A stretch of 64,000 nt of DNA, from the NCBI GenBank assembly GCA_963843375.1, contig CAWJKT010000006.1, positions 32,001-96,000 on the forward strand, in the 5' to 3' direction. Positions 49,960 through 60,120 of the stretch are shown one piece after another (the stretch's first letter is position 1; each line of letters starts with the position of its first letter). A program made the position numbers and the translations under genes. The DNA is from an uncultured Pseudomonadota bacterium (GTDB taxonomy: Bacteria > Oederibacteriota > Muellerivitia > Muellerivitales > Muellerivitaceae). Below the pieces are notes generated by a model. That model did no database searches. It was not told the DNA's origin and saw only the letters and a list, made by a program, of their open reading frames with translations.

Positions 49960-50940
49960 CTAACGGTTCACCGCGCTCATATCGGGATACCTTTGGCCTG
50001 CCGCCGCACCCCTGGGAAAAGTCTCATCCAAACGCCTCAAATCGTCGGCCGTCAGTTTTATTTCCACGGCATTGGCATTTTCTTCAAGCCGTGAAATCTT
50101 TCGAGTACCCGGTATAGGCACAATATCCTCTCCCTGGGCCATTACCCAGGCCAGCGCCAGTTGAGCCGGAGTTATTTTCTTTTCCAATGCCAGCTTCTTG
50201 ACGAACTCCACCAAAGGAAGGTTTTTCCCGAAATTCTCCTCGTGAAACCTCGGATTCTTCCGGCGCCAATCGTTTTCGGTCAGGTCGTCCAGCTTTTGGA
50301 AAACTCCAGTCAGGAATCCCCTGCCCAATGGGCTGTAAGCCACAAAACCAATCCCCAATTCACGAATTGTTTTTAACAGCTCATCTTCCGGATCCCGGCT
50401 CCAAAGGGAATATTCAGTCTGGAGGGCGGAAATAGGATGCATGGCGTGAGCCCGGCGGATGGTTTGGGGCCCTGCTTCGGACAAGCCCAGGTAACGCACC
50501 TTTCCCTGTTGAATCAACTTCGCCATGGCCCCGACGGTGTCTTCGATGGGAACGGTGTTATCCACCCGGTGCTGGTAATAAAGGTCGATCACATCGATTT
50601 TGAGACGCTTCAAGGAGGCGTCACAACACAACTGAACATATTCAGGTTTGCCGCTGACTCCCAGGAACTTTCCATCCGGGGACCTTTGATTCCCGAATTT
50701 GGTGGCGATGACGATCCGGGACCGTCTGCCTTGTAGGAATCGGCCCAACAGCTCCTCATTGGTAAAGGGCCCGTACATATCCGCCGTATCGAAAAAATCG
50801 ATTCCCAAGTCCAAGGCTTTTATCAGGGTTTCCGACGATTCCTGGTCGTCTCGAGGGCCGTAAAAATCGGACATTCCCATGCATCCCAATCCCAAACGCG
50901 AAACCTTCAGACCCTGCCGTCCCAACGGAATCTTTCTCAT
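49960..50940 (-). CDS. Aldo/keto reductase
   Basis: [35 protein letters not shown]. Confidence 0.93.
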   Translation of the reverse strand: MRKIPLGRQGLKVSRLGLGCMGMSDFYGPRDDQESSETLIKALDLGIDFFDTADMYGPFTNEELLGRFLQGRRSRIVIATKFGNQRSPDGKFLGVSGKPEYVQLCCDASLKRLKIDVIDLYYQHRVDNTVPIEDTVGAMAKLIQQGKVRYLGLSEAGPQTIRRAHAMHPISALQTEYSLWSRDPEDELLKTIRELGIGFVAYSPLGRGFLTGVFQKLDDLTENDWRRKNPRFHEENFGKNLPLVEFVKKLALEKKITPAQLALAWVMAQGEDIVPIPGTRKISRLEENANAVEIKLTADDLRRLDETFPRGAAAGQRYPDMSAVNR

Positions 50941-51176
50941 CAGGATACCCCTTTAATTTTGATGAATGGATTTCATCTTAATTACACCCCTTTTGGCATT
51001 GCAATAGCCCGAAAGAGGTGGAATTGGGTCCAGGACCACCAAAAGGCGGGCGATTTTTAGTCAGTTTCCAGGAATCATGGCGTTATGGATAATCGTCCTG
51101 TTCAAAAAGTGAAAATTGGAGTATCCCTCTATCACGAGGATGAATACTATTTTGAAAGCATATAGGCTGGTTAACC

Positions 51177-54050
51177 ATGTACGCTAAATATAAGTTGATC
51201 TTCGGGCTGATCCTTTTACTGTTTATTTCCCTCGCCGCCATCGCCTACCTCAACCTCAAGTACTTTGAGAAGAGCACCAATTCGATTGACCACTCCCATC
51301 AAGTTATCCATTCGCTCCAAAAGATCTACGCCGGCTTGAAGGACGCCCAGGCTAATTATGCCGATTTTCTCCTGACCCAAAATTCCAATTATTCCATGTC
51401 CTGTAATTCCGACATGGAGGAAGTCCAGGAGGAATCCAAGAGGATAGGGGATTTGGCCGGCGGCGATCCCCTTCTTCAAAAGAACATGGACAATCTTAAA
51501 GACCTCGTGGACAAAAAATGCTCCTCCATGCGCAACGGTTTGGACGAGGCGATGACCGGGCACGTTGATTTGGCCGTCCGGAGCCTTCAAAAGAACAGCG
51601 AGAAAAAAAGCAACGAAGACATCAAAGCCTTAGTCGATGAAATGTCGCGAATTCAAGTCTGGCTCCTGAAGAACGGCAAAATTTTCGAGGATGCCGAAAC
51701 CGAAAAAAGCAGCCGTTTGGTGGTTTGGGGTTCCCTTTCCGCCCTGATGATTTGCGCCTTGGCGGGTTATTTCATCAACCGTCAAATCAGCGAACGGCAG
51801 GCGGCTCTGAACCAGTTGAAATCCAGCGAGGAAAAATTCCGGTTCCTTACCGAGACCGCCAACGATTCTTTCATCACCACCGATTCCCAAGGTGCGATCA
51901 CCGATATCAATCCCGCCGGGGAAGGGATGTTCGGTTTTTCCAAATCCGAGTTGGCCGGGAACCCCCTCTCGTTGTTGATGCCTCAAAAATTCAATCATGA
52001 AGGAACCGACTTATCCATTGAGAAATTCATCACCAATGTCTCCGCCATCCAAACCCTTGAAATTTCAGGTCGTCGAAAGGATTCCTCGGTTTTTCCCCTG
52101 GAAGTCTCGGTTTCAAAGTGGGAAACAAAGGCCGGGACCTTTTACACCACGATTTCCCGCGACATTACCGAAAGAAAATTTTTCATTAAGACCCTTTTGA
52201 ACAACGAACACCGGCTTTTCCAATTCCTGGACGCCATTCCGCTGGGGGTTTTGGTCCGGGACCCTACCGGCGCCCCCTATTACAGCAATCAAGCGCATAA
52301 TGAATTGTTTGGAACCGACATGGTCAAAAATAAAACGCCCATCAATCAAACACCCGAAGCCCACCATCTTTTCATTGCCGGAACAAATCAACACTATCCT
52401 TTTGACCAATTGCCGGGGGCAAAAGCCCTATTGGGGGAAAAATGCCATATTGACGACATTGAACTGCACCTTTCAAATCGCGTTATCCCTTTGGAAGCTT
52501 GGGGAACTCCCATTCAAGACGAGAAAGGGGGGGTCAAATTCACCTTGACCGCCATCATGGACGTGAGCCGCCAGAGGGAAATCCATGAAGCTACGAAGGA
52601 ACGCGAGGAATTTTTCAGGAATTTGTTCGAGGAAAGCCCCATCGGAATGACCCTGTCCTTTCCCGACGGCACTTTCGTCAACGTCAACCGGGCTTTCGGG
52701 AACATGCTGGGCTATTCCAAAAATGAGTTGGTGGGCCGTTCCATCCAGGACTTTACCTTTTCCGATGACCGGCCCACCGAAAAATCCCTCGACCAAAAAC
52801 TTTTCGATAAAATCCTGCCAAAGTACCAGATCGAAATACGTTACACCCCCAAAAAAGGGGGCTTCCTCTGGTGCAAAGTCTCCGCCTCGGTGATCCGAAA
52901 CCTGGAGGATGAACCCCTATTCCGGCTCGCCATCGTGGAAAACATCAGCGAACAAAAAAATATTGAACTCGAACTAAGAGAGAGTGGGGAAAAATTTCGC
53001 ATCCTCACTGAATCGGCCAACGACGCTATCATTTCCATTGATTCCAAAGGCGCTATCATTATTTTCAACCCTGCCGCGGAAAAGATTTTTGGCTACACCC
53101 AGGCGGAAGCCCTGGGCAAGCCCTTCACCTTCTTGATGGTCGCGGCTTCCTGGAAGGCCAATATGGAGCTCATCCAAAATTACCTGGCCTCGGGCAAATC
53201 CACCATTCCGGGGCGAACTTTGGAACTGGATGGCAAACGCAAAAATGGGGAGGAATTCCCCGCCGAGATATCCTACTTCTCCTGGAAAACCGAATCCGGC
53301 ATTTTCTTTACCTCCATCATGCGGGATATCACCTGGCGCAAGCAGGTCGAAGAAATGAAAAACGACCTGATATCAGTCGTTTCCCATCAGCTCAAAACTC
53401 CCGTGGCCGAGATCAACGGCTATATCGAAAACATGCTGGACGGGGTAACGGGAGATCTATCTGAAATCCAAAGGGAATACCTGATGGATATGCGCGTTAT
53501 CGGAAATAGGAATTATCGCCTGATTTCTGACCTGTTAAGCATGTCCAAAATCGAGAGGGGCGTCATGACGGTGGATTTAAACCCTGTTCGATTGGGAGAA
53601 ATTGTAGAATTGGCGCTGAGTGATTATGAATCCATGAGCGCCAAGAAAAACCTCAAGTTCACGGTGGATAAAACGCCTTCAGATATTTGGGTCCATGCCG
53701 ACAAGGAAAAATCCGCGGAAGCCCTGAGGAATATTATCGATAACGCCATCAAGTGCACCGACCAGGGTTCCATTCGAATCCACCCCATGCGCCAAGGCCG
53801 CTTTGGAGGAATCGAAGTTTCCGACACCGGAATTGGAATGACGGCGGCTACGCTTGAACGACTCTTCACGAAATCCCGGGTTTTAGGTTCCGAGGCCTCC
53901 AGGTCCGGAGCCGGTCTGGGGCTTTATATCGCCAAAAGTTTCATGAACCTGCAAAAGGGCGATATTACCGTGACCTCCGAATTGGGGAAAGGCAGCACTT
54001 TTTGCGTTACAATGCCTATTACGGAAGATAAAGGGGGAACAGATGTCTAA
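51177..54050 (+). CDS. Sensor histidine kinase (CHASE3-like, multiple PAS, HisKA, HATPase)
   Basis: Two TMs around a helical periplasmic domain; four PAS-like segments; SHQLKTP, NAIK, DTGIG, GLGL. Confidence 0.92.
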   Translation: MYAKYKLIFGLILLLFISLAAIAYLNLKYFEKSTNSIDHSHQVIHSLQKIYAGLKDAQANYADFLLTQNSNYSMSCNSDMEEVQEESKRIGDLAGGDPLLQKNMDNLKDLVDKKCSSMRNGLDEAMTGHVDLAVRSLQKNSEKKSNEDIKALVDEMSRIQVWLLKNGKIFEDAETEKSSRLVVWGSLSALMICALAGYFINRQISERQAALNQLKSSEEKFRFLTETANDSFITTDSQGAITDINPAGEGMFGFSKSELAGNPLSLLMPQKFNHEGTDLSIEKFITNVSAIQTLEISGRRKDSSVFPLEVSVSKWETKAGTFYTTISRDITERKFFIKTLLNNEHRLFQFLDAIPLGVLVRDPTGAPYYSNQAHNELFGTDMVKNKTPINQTPEAHHLFIAGTNQHYPFDQLPGAKALLGEKCHIDDIELHLSNRVIPLEAWGTPIQDEKGGVKFTLTAIMDVSRQREIHEATKEREEFFRNLFEESPIGMTLSFPDGTFVNVNRAFGNMLGYSKNELVGRSIQDFTFSDDRPTEKSLDQKLFDKILPKYQIEIRYTPKKGGFLWCKVSASVIRNLEDEPLFRLAIVENISEQKNIELELRESGEKFRILTESANDAIISIDSKGAIIIFNPAAEKIFGYTQAEALGKPFTFLMVAASWKANMELIQNYLASGKSTIPGRTLELDGKRKNGEEFPAEISYFSWKTESGIFFTSIMRDITWRKQVEEMKNDLISVVSHQLKTPVAEINGYIENMLDGVTGDLSEIQREYLMDMRVIGNRNYRLISDLLSMSKIERGVMTVDLNPVRLGEIVELALSDYESMSAKKNLKFTVDKTPSDIWVHADKEKSAEALRNIIDNAIKCTDQGSIRIHPMRQGRFGGIEVSDTGIGMTAATLERLFTKSRVLGSEASRSGAGLGLYIAKSFMNLQKGDITVTSELGKGSTFCVTMPITEDKGGTDV

Positions 54051-54633
54051 GGGAACCATATTAATCGTGGAGGACCAGCAGGGATTCCGGCGGATTTACC
54101 ACGATGTCCTGGTCAATGACGGATATGACATAATAGAAGCACAAGACGGGGAAGAGGGTTGGAATATGGTGAAAAGCCATAAACCCCATCTGGTTTTATT
54201 GGATCTCGGGTTGCCGAAAATTGATGGATTTGAAGTTTTAAAACGAATTCGCGCGGACGCGGAAACCAAGAATATCCCGGTCATCATCTTTTCTGTCCTG
54301 GGCGAACAAAAGGACGTGAAAAAAGGGTTGGAGCTGGGCGCCAATGATTACACGGTCAAAGGCTTCTATACCCCCCGGCAAATCCTGAGCAAGATCAAAG
54401 GCCTGATGAGCCAGGTGGACGTTAAAAAAAGCGTCCATTCCTACAATTTAAAAATCGACGGTGCAAAAGAGGACGCCCCGACTCTCCAAAGTGAAATCGG
54501 CCTTTCCCAAGGCTATCATTGCCCCCATTGCGGCAGCGAAATGGTCTTGGAGCTTTTCCCCGATTACGTTCGCAATGAAGGACATTGGTTCACCGCCCAT
54601 TTTGTCTGCCACAAATGCGGAAAATCCTTTTAG
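54043..54633 (+). CDS. Response regulator with C-terminal CxxC...CxxC zinc-ribbon-like domain
   Basis: Receiver domain followed by CPHC...CHKC. Confidence 0.85.
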   Translation: MSKGTILIVEDQQGFRRIYHDVLVNDGYDIIEAQDGEEGWNMVKSHKPHLVLLDLGLPKIDGFEVLKRIRADAETKNIPVIIFSVLGEQKDVKKGLELGANDYTVKGFYTPRQILSKIKGLMSQVDVKKSVHSYNLKIDGAKEDAPTLQSEIGLSQGYHCPHCGSEMVLELFPDYVRNEGHWFTAHFVCHKCGKSF

Positions 54634-54700
54634 TTAAAATTATTTATTTTCTAAATATAAAAATCGAGTTGAACACATAGTCAAAGTTAGGGGATGAATA

Positions 54701-55333
54701 ATGGAACCCATTGAAAATAAAGTTGAATCAACCAACGCCCCAGTGAAAAAAGGAACCATCCTGATTATGGAAGATCAGCGCGGTTTCCGGCGCATCTACC
54801 GGGACGTACTCGAAAAGGATGGCTACGAAGTACTGGAAGGCGCCGATGGCGAGGAAGGCTGGGAAATTATCATCAACCAAAAACCGGACTTGGTTCTTCT
54901 GGACTTGGGATTGCCGCTGATTGATGGCTTTCAGGTTCTGGGGAAAATCCGCCGTAGCGATCAGACCAAGCATATCCCCGTCATTATTTTTTCCGTTTTG
55001 GGCGAACCCCGGGATGTCAAAAAAGCCATGGATATGGGCGCCAACGATTACACCGTCAAAGGCTTCTATACGCCCCGGCAGGTTCTAAGCAAAATCCGCA
55101 ACCTCTTGAAAGACACCAAGCAACAAAACGCCATCAATTCCTATCGGCTTAAGACCAGCGGGGAAAGCAAAGATGCGGGTCGACTGGAACAGGACTTGGG
55201 ACTGGAAACGGGATTCAAATGCCCCCAATGCAGCACCCAAATGGAAACGGAGTTCTTCCCGGACTATGCCCGGGCCGATGGTCATTGGTTCGCGACGCGT
55301 TTCGTCTGCCCAACCTGTGAAAAACCCTTCTAG
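54701..55333 (+). CDS. Response regulator with C-terminal zinc-ribbon-like domain (tandem paralog)
   Basis: Receiver domain followed by CPQC...CPTC; highly similar to the upstream gene. Confidence 0.85.
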   Translation: MEPIENKVESTNAPVKKGTILIMEDQRGFRRIYRDVLEKDGYEVLEGADGEEGWEIIINQKPDLVLLDLGLPLIDGFQVLGKIRRSDQTKHIPVIIFSVLGEPRDVKKAMDMGANDYTVKGFYTPRQVLSKIRNLLKDTKQQNAINSYRLKTSGESKDAGRLEQDLGLETGFKCPQCSTQMETEFFPDYARADGHWFATRFVCPTCEKPF

Positions 55334-55436
55334 GAAATAGGCCGGAGCCTTAATTTAACGGAAACGTTACTTTTATGTCACAGACTTAAGCTCTACCCCA
55401 CCTAAACTTGGCTTCCAAACGAGTGTTGGAGTCCTC

Positions 55437-56672
55437 CTGAAAGTCGCTTACTTTACCGAAAGCCTGCCCCCCCTTACCGACGGAGTTGCCCGAACCTATA
55501 CCCGTCTCGCCGAAACCTTGAATTCAAAAAAAATCGACTTTCAATTTTTCGCTCCCGTTTTTCCATCCGAAACCGAACCCTGGAGGGGACGGGTTAAAAA
55601 AGTTCCCTCGGTTCCCTTCCCCCTTTACCGCTATTACCGGGTCGGTATTCCTTATGGCCAAAAGCTGGACGTGGTTTTGGATCGATTCCAACCCGACCTA
55701 ATCCAAGTCGCGGCTCCGACTCCCCTTTGTATTTACGGACAAAATTACGCTTTCCGGAAAAAACTTCCATTGGTCGCCAGTTACCACACCCATTTCGTCG
55801 ATTATTTCCCTTATTACGGTTTCAATTGGGCCGTGGATTTGGGCTGGCAATACATGCGATGGTTTTATAACCGGAACCTGGCCACCTTCGCTCCTACTCC
55901 CGGAACCATATCCGAATTGGCCGGGAGGGGATTTCAGAACGTCCAGGCATGGCCCCGGGGAATTGACAGCCATAAATTCTCGCCCTCCCACCGGAATATG
56001 GCTTTGAGGAAAAAACTGGGTTTAGGAAAGGAATACCTCCTGCTTTTCGTGGGTCGCATGGTGGGAGAAAAAGACTTAGCCGATTTGGCCAAGGCTGCCC
56101 ATTTACTGCGGAAAAAAGGATACAAGTTCCAATTGGCCTTTGCCGGGGACGGGCCTTACCGTTCCATCATGGAAAAACAATTTCCAAAAGACCATTTTTT
56201 TGGATTTATCCAGGGACGGAAGCTTTCCGAGCTTTACGCCTCATCGGACCTTTTCGTCTTCCCTTCCACAACCGAAACATTCGGGAACGTTGTATTGGAA
56301 GCTTTTGCCTCCGGATTACCCGTGATCGGAGTCCGCAAAGGGGGAGTCGCCGACTTGGTTCAAGACCGGATCAACGGTTTCCTGGCCCGACCAAACCATT
56401 CGGAGGATTTTGCCCGTCGAATCCAATTCTTCCTGGATCATCCAGCCGCCATGCAAAAAGCCAGAAGAGGCGCCATCGCTACCGCCACCCATTACGACTG
56501 GCCAACCATCAATGGACGCTTGATCAATCACTATGAATTTCTGATCCGGGAATATAAAGGAAAAATCCCCAAGCTGCATGAAGGCTTAGAGGAACCCCAC
56601 CCATGGAAGTCCCAACTTCAAATTCTAAAAAAAGCCCCACCTAAAAGAATTGCCGGTTACAAAGCTTCCTAA
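55437..56672 (+). CDS. GT4 (family 1 type) glycosyltransferase
   Basis: FPSTTETFGNVVLEAFASGLPV motif; frame extends upstream to CTG 55437 giving (M)KVAYFTESLPPLTDGVART. Confidence 0.88.
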   Translation: MKVAYFTESLPPLTDGVARTYTRLAETLNSKKIDFQFFAPVFPSETEPWRGRVKKVPSVPFPLYRYYRVGIPYGQKLDVVLDRFQPDLIQVAAPTPLCIYGQNYAFRKKLPLVASYHTHFVDYFPYYGFNWAVDLGWQYMRWFYNRNLATFAPTPGTISELAGRGFQNVQAWPRGIDSHKFSPSHRNMALRKKLGLGKEYLLLFVGRMVGEKDLADLAKAAHLLRKKGYKFQLAFAGDGPYRSIMEKQFPKDHFFGFIQGRKLSELYASSDLFVFPSTTETFGNVVLEAFASGLPVIGVRKGGVADLVQDRINGFLARPNHSEDFARRIQFFLDHPAAMQKARRGAIATATHYDWPTINGRLINHYEFLIREYKGKIPKLHEGLEEPHPWKSQLQILKKAPPKRIAGYKAS

Positions 56673-56731
56673 GTCCCATCATTTAAACTTTATCCCCCGC
56701 AAAATAACGCTTTCCCTTGTAAAATGACCTT

Positions 56732-57391
56732 GTGAATAAAATCCTTGTTTTGATAATCCTTCTTTGGGGAAGCCATGTCGCCGCCCAAACTACCGAAGTA
56801 CCCAATTTCAGCATTTTGGGACAAGTGGGAATGGAGCAATGCACGGGTTATTTGGGAAGCGCCAATCCCGCGCCCGCCGGAGGTTTATGGCTTGGCATTG
56901 GCCTGAACGATCGCTTTGACGGTCTGTGGGGCATTGATTATTTCACCATGCCCAATCAGCAAATCACCGTACCCCTCACCCCAAACACTTATAATTCCGC
57001 TACCTCCATGGTCATTGCGCCCACCGATGACCTTTCCTTTACCGTCAATACGCGTTGGTATTGGGCTTCCAAATATGACCAAATCCATAAAAGATTCAAC
57101 ACCGTACCTTATCTGGTGGGGGGATTCGGAATGGATATGGTCGTGGATGAGTATCCCCGTCCCCAAGGGACCAATCTATTTGGAGCGTCATTTGACGCCC
57201 TCTTCGCCCTCAATGTAGGGATGGGAATCGATCTTCCCATCGGGGATGACAAACAATGGTTCTTGTACGGTGAAGGTTTGGATCATTTGATTGCCTGGCA
57301 GGGGTTGACACAAATCTATTCGCTAAGGGTCGGCTTTAAGGTCATGCTGGACTCCGCCCACGTGGATCCTTTTCGGGGCTTTTTACAATAG
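56732..57391 (+). CDS. Secreted hypothetical protein, possible small beta-barrel
   Basis: Signal peptide; amphipathic strands (PYLVGGFG, LNVGMGID, YSLRVGF). Confidence 0.6.
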   Translation: MNKILVLIILLWGSHVAAQTTEVPNFSILGQVGMEQCTGYLGSANPAPAGGLWLGIGLNDRFDGLWGIDYFTMPNQQITVPLTPNTYNSATSMVIAPTDDLSFTVNTRWYWASKYDQIHKRFNTVPYLVGGFGMDMVVDEYPRPQGTNLFGASFDALFALNVGMGIDLPIGDDKQWFLYGEGLDHLIAWQGLTQIYSLRVGFKVMLDSAHVDPFRGFLQ

Positions 57392-57437
57392 AACCTCCGT
57401 CGACTTTCACCCTTCCCCGGAAAATCTCCCAAATCCA

Positions 57438-58550
57438 TTAAAGCTTTTGGGGGCAGCCCATTTGGACTTTCTCGCTTTTTCGCCCATTATATTCATAGCC
57501 CTTTTCGAGGATTTTTTGAATCATCACGGCCTGCTCATTTTGTTCGGCTAAGGGCTCGGGCCGGCCCGAACTCAGGTCCAGGGGAACTGCCTTCCACTGG
57601 GGCGACTTTCCTTTGCGCAAATCCACTAGCAGAACGCAGCTGCTCAGGCAGGCGTCGTATTTCAGGTCGAAAAGAAAGTTTCCCAAACTATAGGCCACCA
57701 AGGTTTTTCCCAATTTCTGAACCTTTTGGAGAACATGGGGATGGGCCCCAATGACTAAGTCGGCCCCGCCTAAGTGCAGGGCCTCGGCTAGCTTTTTTTG
57801 GAGATGATTTGCCCCATAATATTCCGCCCCCCAATGCACCAGGACGATGACGTAATTGGCCTTAGACCTGGCTTTTTTGATTTCGGGAAGGATGACGGAG
57901 GAAAGAGCCACCTCAACTCCAGGCCTTTTCCCTTTGGCTTCGAATTTACCTGGACAAACCGAGCAAAAGCCCAGGAAAGCCAGCGTCACCCCTTGGGTGA
58001 CGACGTAAACAGGTTCCTGGCTTTTCCCACCGGACTGGGCAAGGCCTGTGTGCAGGATTCCCCGGGAGTCGAGTCCTTCTATTGTCTGTTCCATAACCTC
58101 AGGTCCGTAATCCAGCACATGGTTGTTGGCCAAAGTCACGAGTCCAATCCCGGCGTATGAAAGTGCGTCCAGGTCCCGATTTTTTCCTTTCAAGTAGACC
58201 GATTTCTTGGTGTACTTCTCCCCTCCCGCGCCCACCGGGGATTCCAGATTGGCCACAACCAGATCCGCATCGTCAAAAATCGGCTTGCAGGCCTCGAAAA
58301 CCCATTGATCCCCTTTTTTTCGCAAGAGACCTTTTACACGGCGGCCCAGATTGATGTCCCCCACGAAGGCTATCCGAACATGCCCTAAATCAACGGGGCG
58401 AAGGGGACGATAATCTTTGGATTGCGCCGGAGTTATGGGCGTGGTCGTCGGAGTGGAAAGATTCTGAAAGGATCCGGCTTTGCAGAAACTTACCGGCAAC
58501 AGGGATAGGGAAAAAAGAATCCAACAGGAACGAAAAATTATTTTATTCAT
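57438..58550 (-). CDS. CapA / poly-gamma-glutamate synthesis family metallophosphatase
   Basis: GDINLG, NLESP, LANNHVLDYG, HWGAEY, GAHPHVLQ, YSLGNF. Confidence 0.92.
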   Translation of the reverse strand: MNKIIFRSCWILFSLSLLPVSFCKAGSFQNLSTPTTTPITPAQSKDYRPLRPVDLGHVRIAFVGDINLGRRVKGLLRKKGDQWVFEACKPIFDDADLVVANLESPVGAGGEKYTKKSVYLKGKNRDLDALSYAGIGLVTLANNHVLDYGPEVMEQTIEGLDSRGILHTGLAQSGGKSQEPVYVVTQGVTLAFLGFCSVCPGKFEAKGKRPGVEVALSSVILPEIKKARSKANYVIVLVHWGAEYYGANHLQKKLAEALHLGGADLVIGAHPHVLQKVQKLGKTLVAYSLGNFLFDLKYDACLSSCVLLVDLRKGKSPQWKAVPLDLSSGRPEPLAEQNEQAVMIQKILEKGYEYNGRKSEKVQMGCPQKL

Positions 58551-58599
58551 TACTTAAAGCGACGTTTAATTTTAACCTGTGGAAAATTAATTTCATCCG

Positions 58600-59364
58600 T
58601 CAATCCAACTCTTGGTTCAAAACCCTGAAAAATTCATCCCGGGCTTGCTTCTCCATCCAAGGAGTATGCCCGCATTTTTCCAGTAGGATGAACCTGAAGT
58701 TTTTGAGCGCTTGGGACAATGGTTTCTGGACTCCTTCCGCCGGGTGGGGATCATGGTCGCCGTGAACCGCGAGAACGGGACATTGAATCTGCTCGGCCGC
58801 CTTTAGAAGTTTCCCGCTTTTTCGAAGTTTCTTGGCTTCCGGCCAAACACCTTGGTAAATATCCGGGCGCAACTCCACACCCTCAATTTTGATCGGCAAA
58901 GGATCGTAATAATCGGTCCCGGCCATGATTTCACCGAACCGGGCAAAGGCCTTGGGATCTTCCAGTTTTTTTTCAAGGATCTGGACTTCCCTTTGTTCCT
59001 CCCAATTCAAGCGATTGACGCGGTTCCGGCGGACTTCCGCCGCGTACTTTTCCTCAAACGGACCGCTTGAAACCAAAATGATTTTTTTGACCAAGACTGG
59101 ATAGCGGGCGGCCAAAAGGAAAGCCAGCCAGGCTCCCCAAGAATAGCCCACCAGTGTAAAGGGGTCGTCCCCATGTCTATTCAGAATTAAACGCAGTTCC
59201 TCAACCTGGCCATCCAGGGAATCCACGGTCTGAAGCGGCTCCAAAATTCCTCGTTGAGCCGATAATTCAGCGGCGACCGGAGCCATTTCGCCGCTGACGC
59301 CGGGCCCCCCATGCAAAAGCGCAACCCTATAAGGCGGATTGCCATAAGTTCGTGGATTATTCAT
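58600..59364 (-). CDS. Alpha/beta hydrolase
   Basis: HGGPG, GYSWG nucleophile elbow, GDHD, CGH. Confidence 0.9.
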   Translation of the reverse strand: MNNPRTYGNPPYRVALLHGGPGVSGEMAPVAAELSAQRGILEPLQTVDSLDGQVEELRLILNRHGDDPFTLVGYSWGAWLAFLLAARYPVLVKKIILVSSGPFEEKYAAEVRRNRVNRLNWEEQREVQILEKKLEDPKAFARFGEIMAGTDYYDPLPIKIEGVELRPDIYQGVWPEAKKLRKSGKLLKAAEQIQCPVLAVHGDHDPHPAEGVQKPLSQALKNFRFILLEKCGHTPWMEKQARDEFFRVLNQELD

Positions 59365-59537
59365 GCCGTTGGTTTATCCCTAGGTTCTTCATAGTAAATA
59401 GTCTGATCAAAGCCCAATCGGAAGGCAAGCCAAAACCCCTTAATCTAAACAATTTAAGGCCTTTGCCTGGCGGTGGCGATCAGGGTACACTTGGAGCAAG
59501 TTGTGCCACAAGGTAACAGGCGAAAAGGCGGTAAGGA

Positions 59538-59996
59538 ATGACGATTCAAAAAGGGTGGATGGAACAGCGCCGCCACGAACGCGTGGCGACCACCTTAAAA
59601 ATCTCCTACCGGATTTTAGAGGATAGCGAAAAAGCAGGGACTCTTGAGCAACCCCGCTACAATCAAACCAAGGCCGAACATCTTCCCAATTTATCCCAGA
59701 GATTTCAGGTCTACCACGCCGTCACCCGTGATATTTCCGAAGGCGGCCTTTCTATCAATGGTGAAAAACCTTTTATCCAAGGCCAACATGTTGAAATGTC
59801 CATAGTCCTTCCCCAATACAATGTCCCGGTCACTTTCCTGACCGAAGTCATGCGCGCCGGTTCTTTTTTCGAGATGGGAAAAACCATGTATAGCGCAGGC
59901 GTCAAAATCCTCGCCCTGAACCGGGAAGACATGGACCGTTTAATGAAATACGTTCTTTCCGAGAAGCTCCGTCAACAAGCCGGTAAGCGAAATTAA
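59538..59996 (+). CDS. PilZ-domain c-di-GMP-binding protein
   Basis: EQRRHER (RxxxR) and DISEGG (DxSxxG). Confidence 0.85.
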   Translation: MTIQKGWMEQRRHERVATTLKISYRILEDSEKAGTLEQPRYNQTKAEHLPNLSQRFQVYHAVTRDISEGGLSINGEKPFIQGQHVEMSIVLPQYNVPVTFLTEVMRAGSFFEMGKTMYSAGVKILALNREDMDRLMKYVLSEKLRQQAGKRN

Positions 59997-60120
59997 TTCA
60001 CCCTCCCAAGGTAAATAACCCTGAAAAAAAGGGACGCTGCTTTCATTCAAGTGTTTTTCCAGGAAAGGCCACTTAAGAAACGAAGCTTTTTCCTTTCTTC
60101 CTTTGTCGACGCCACCCGGC

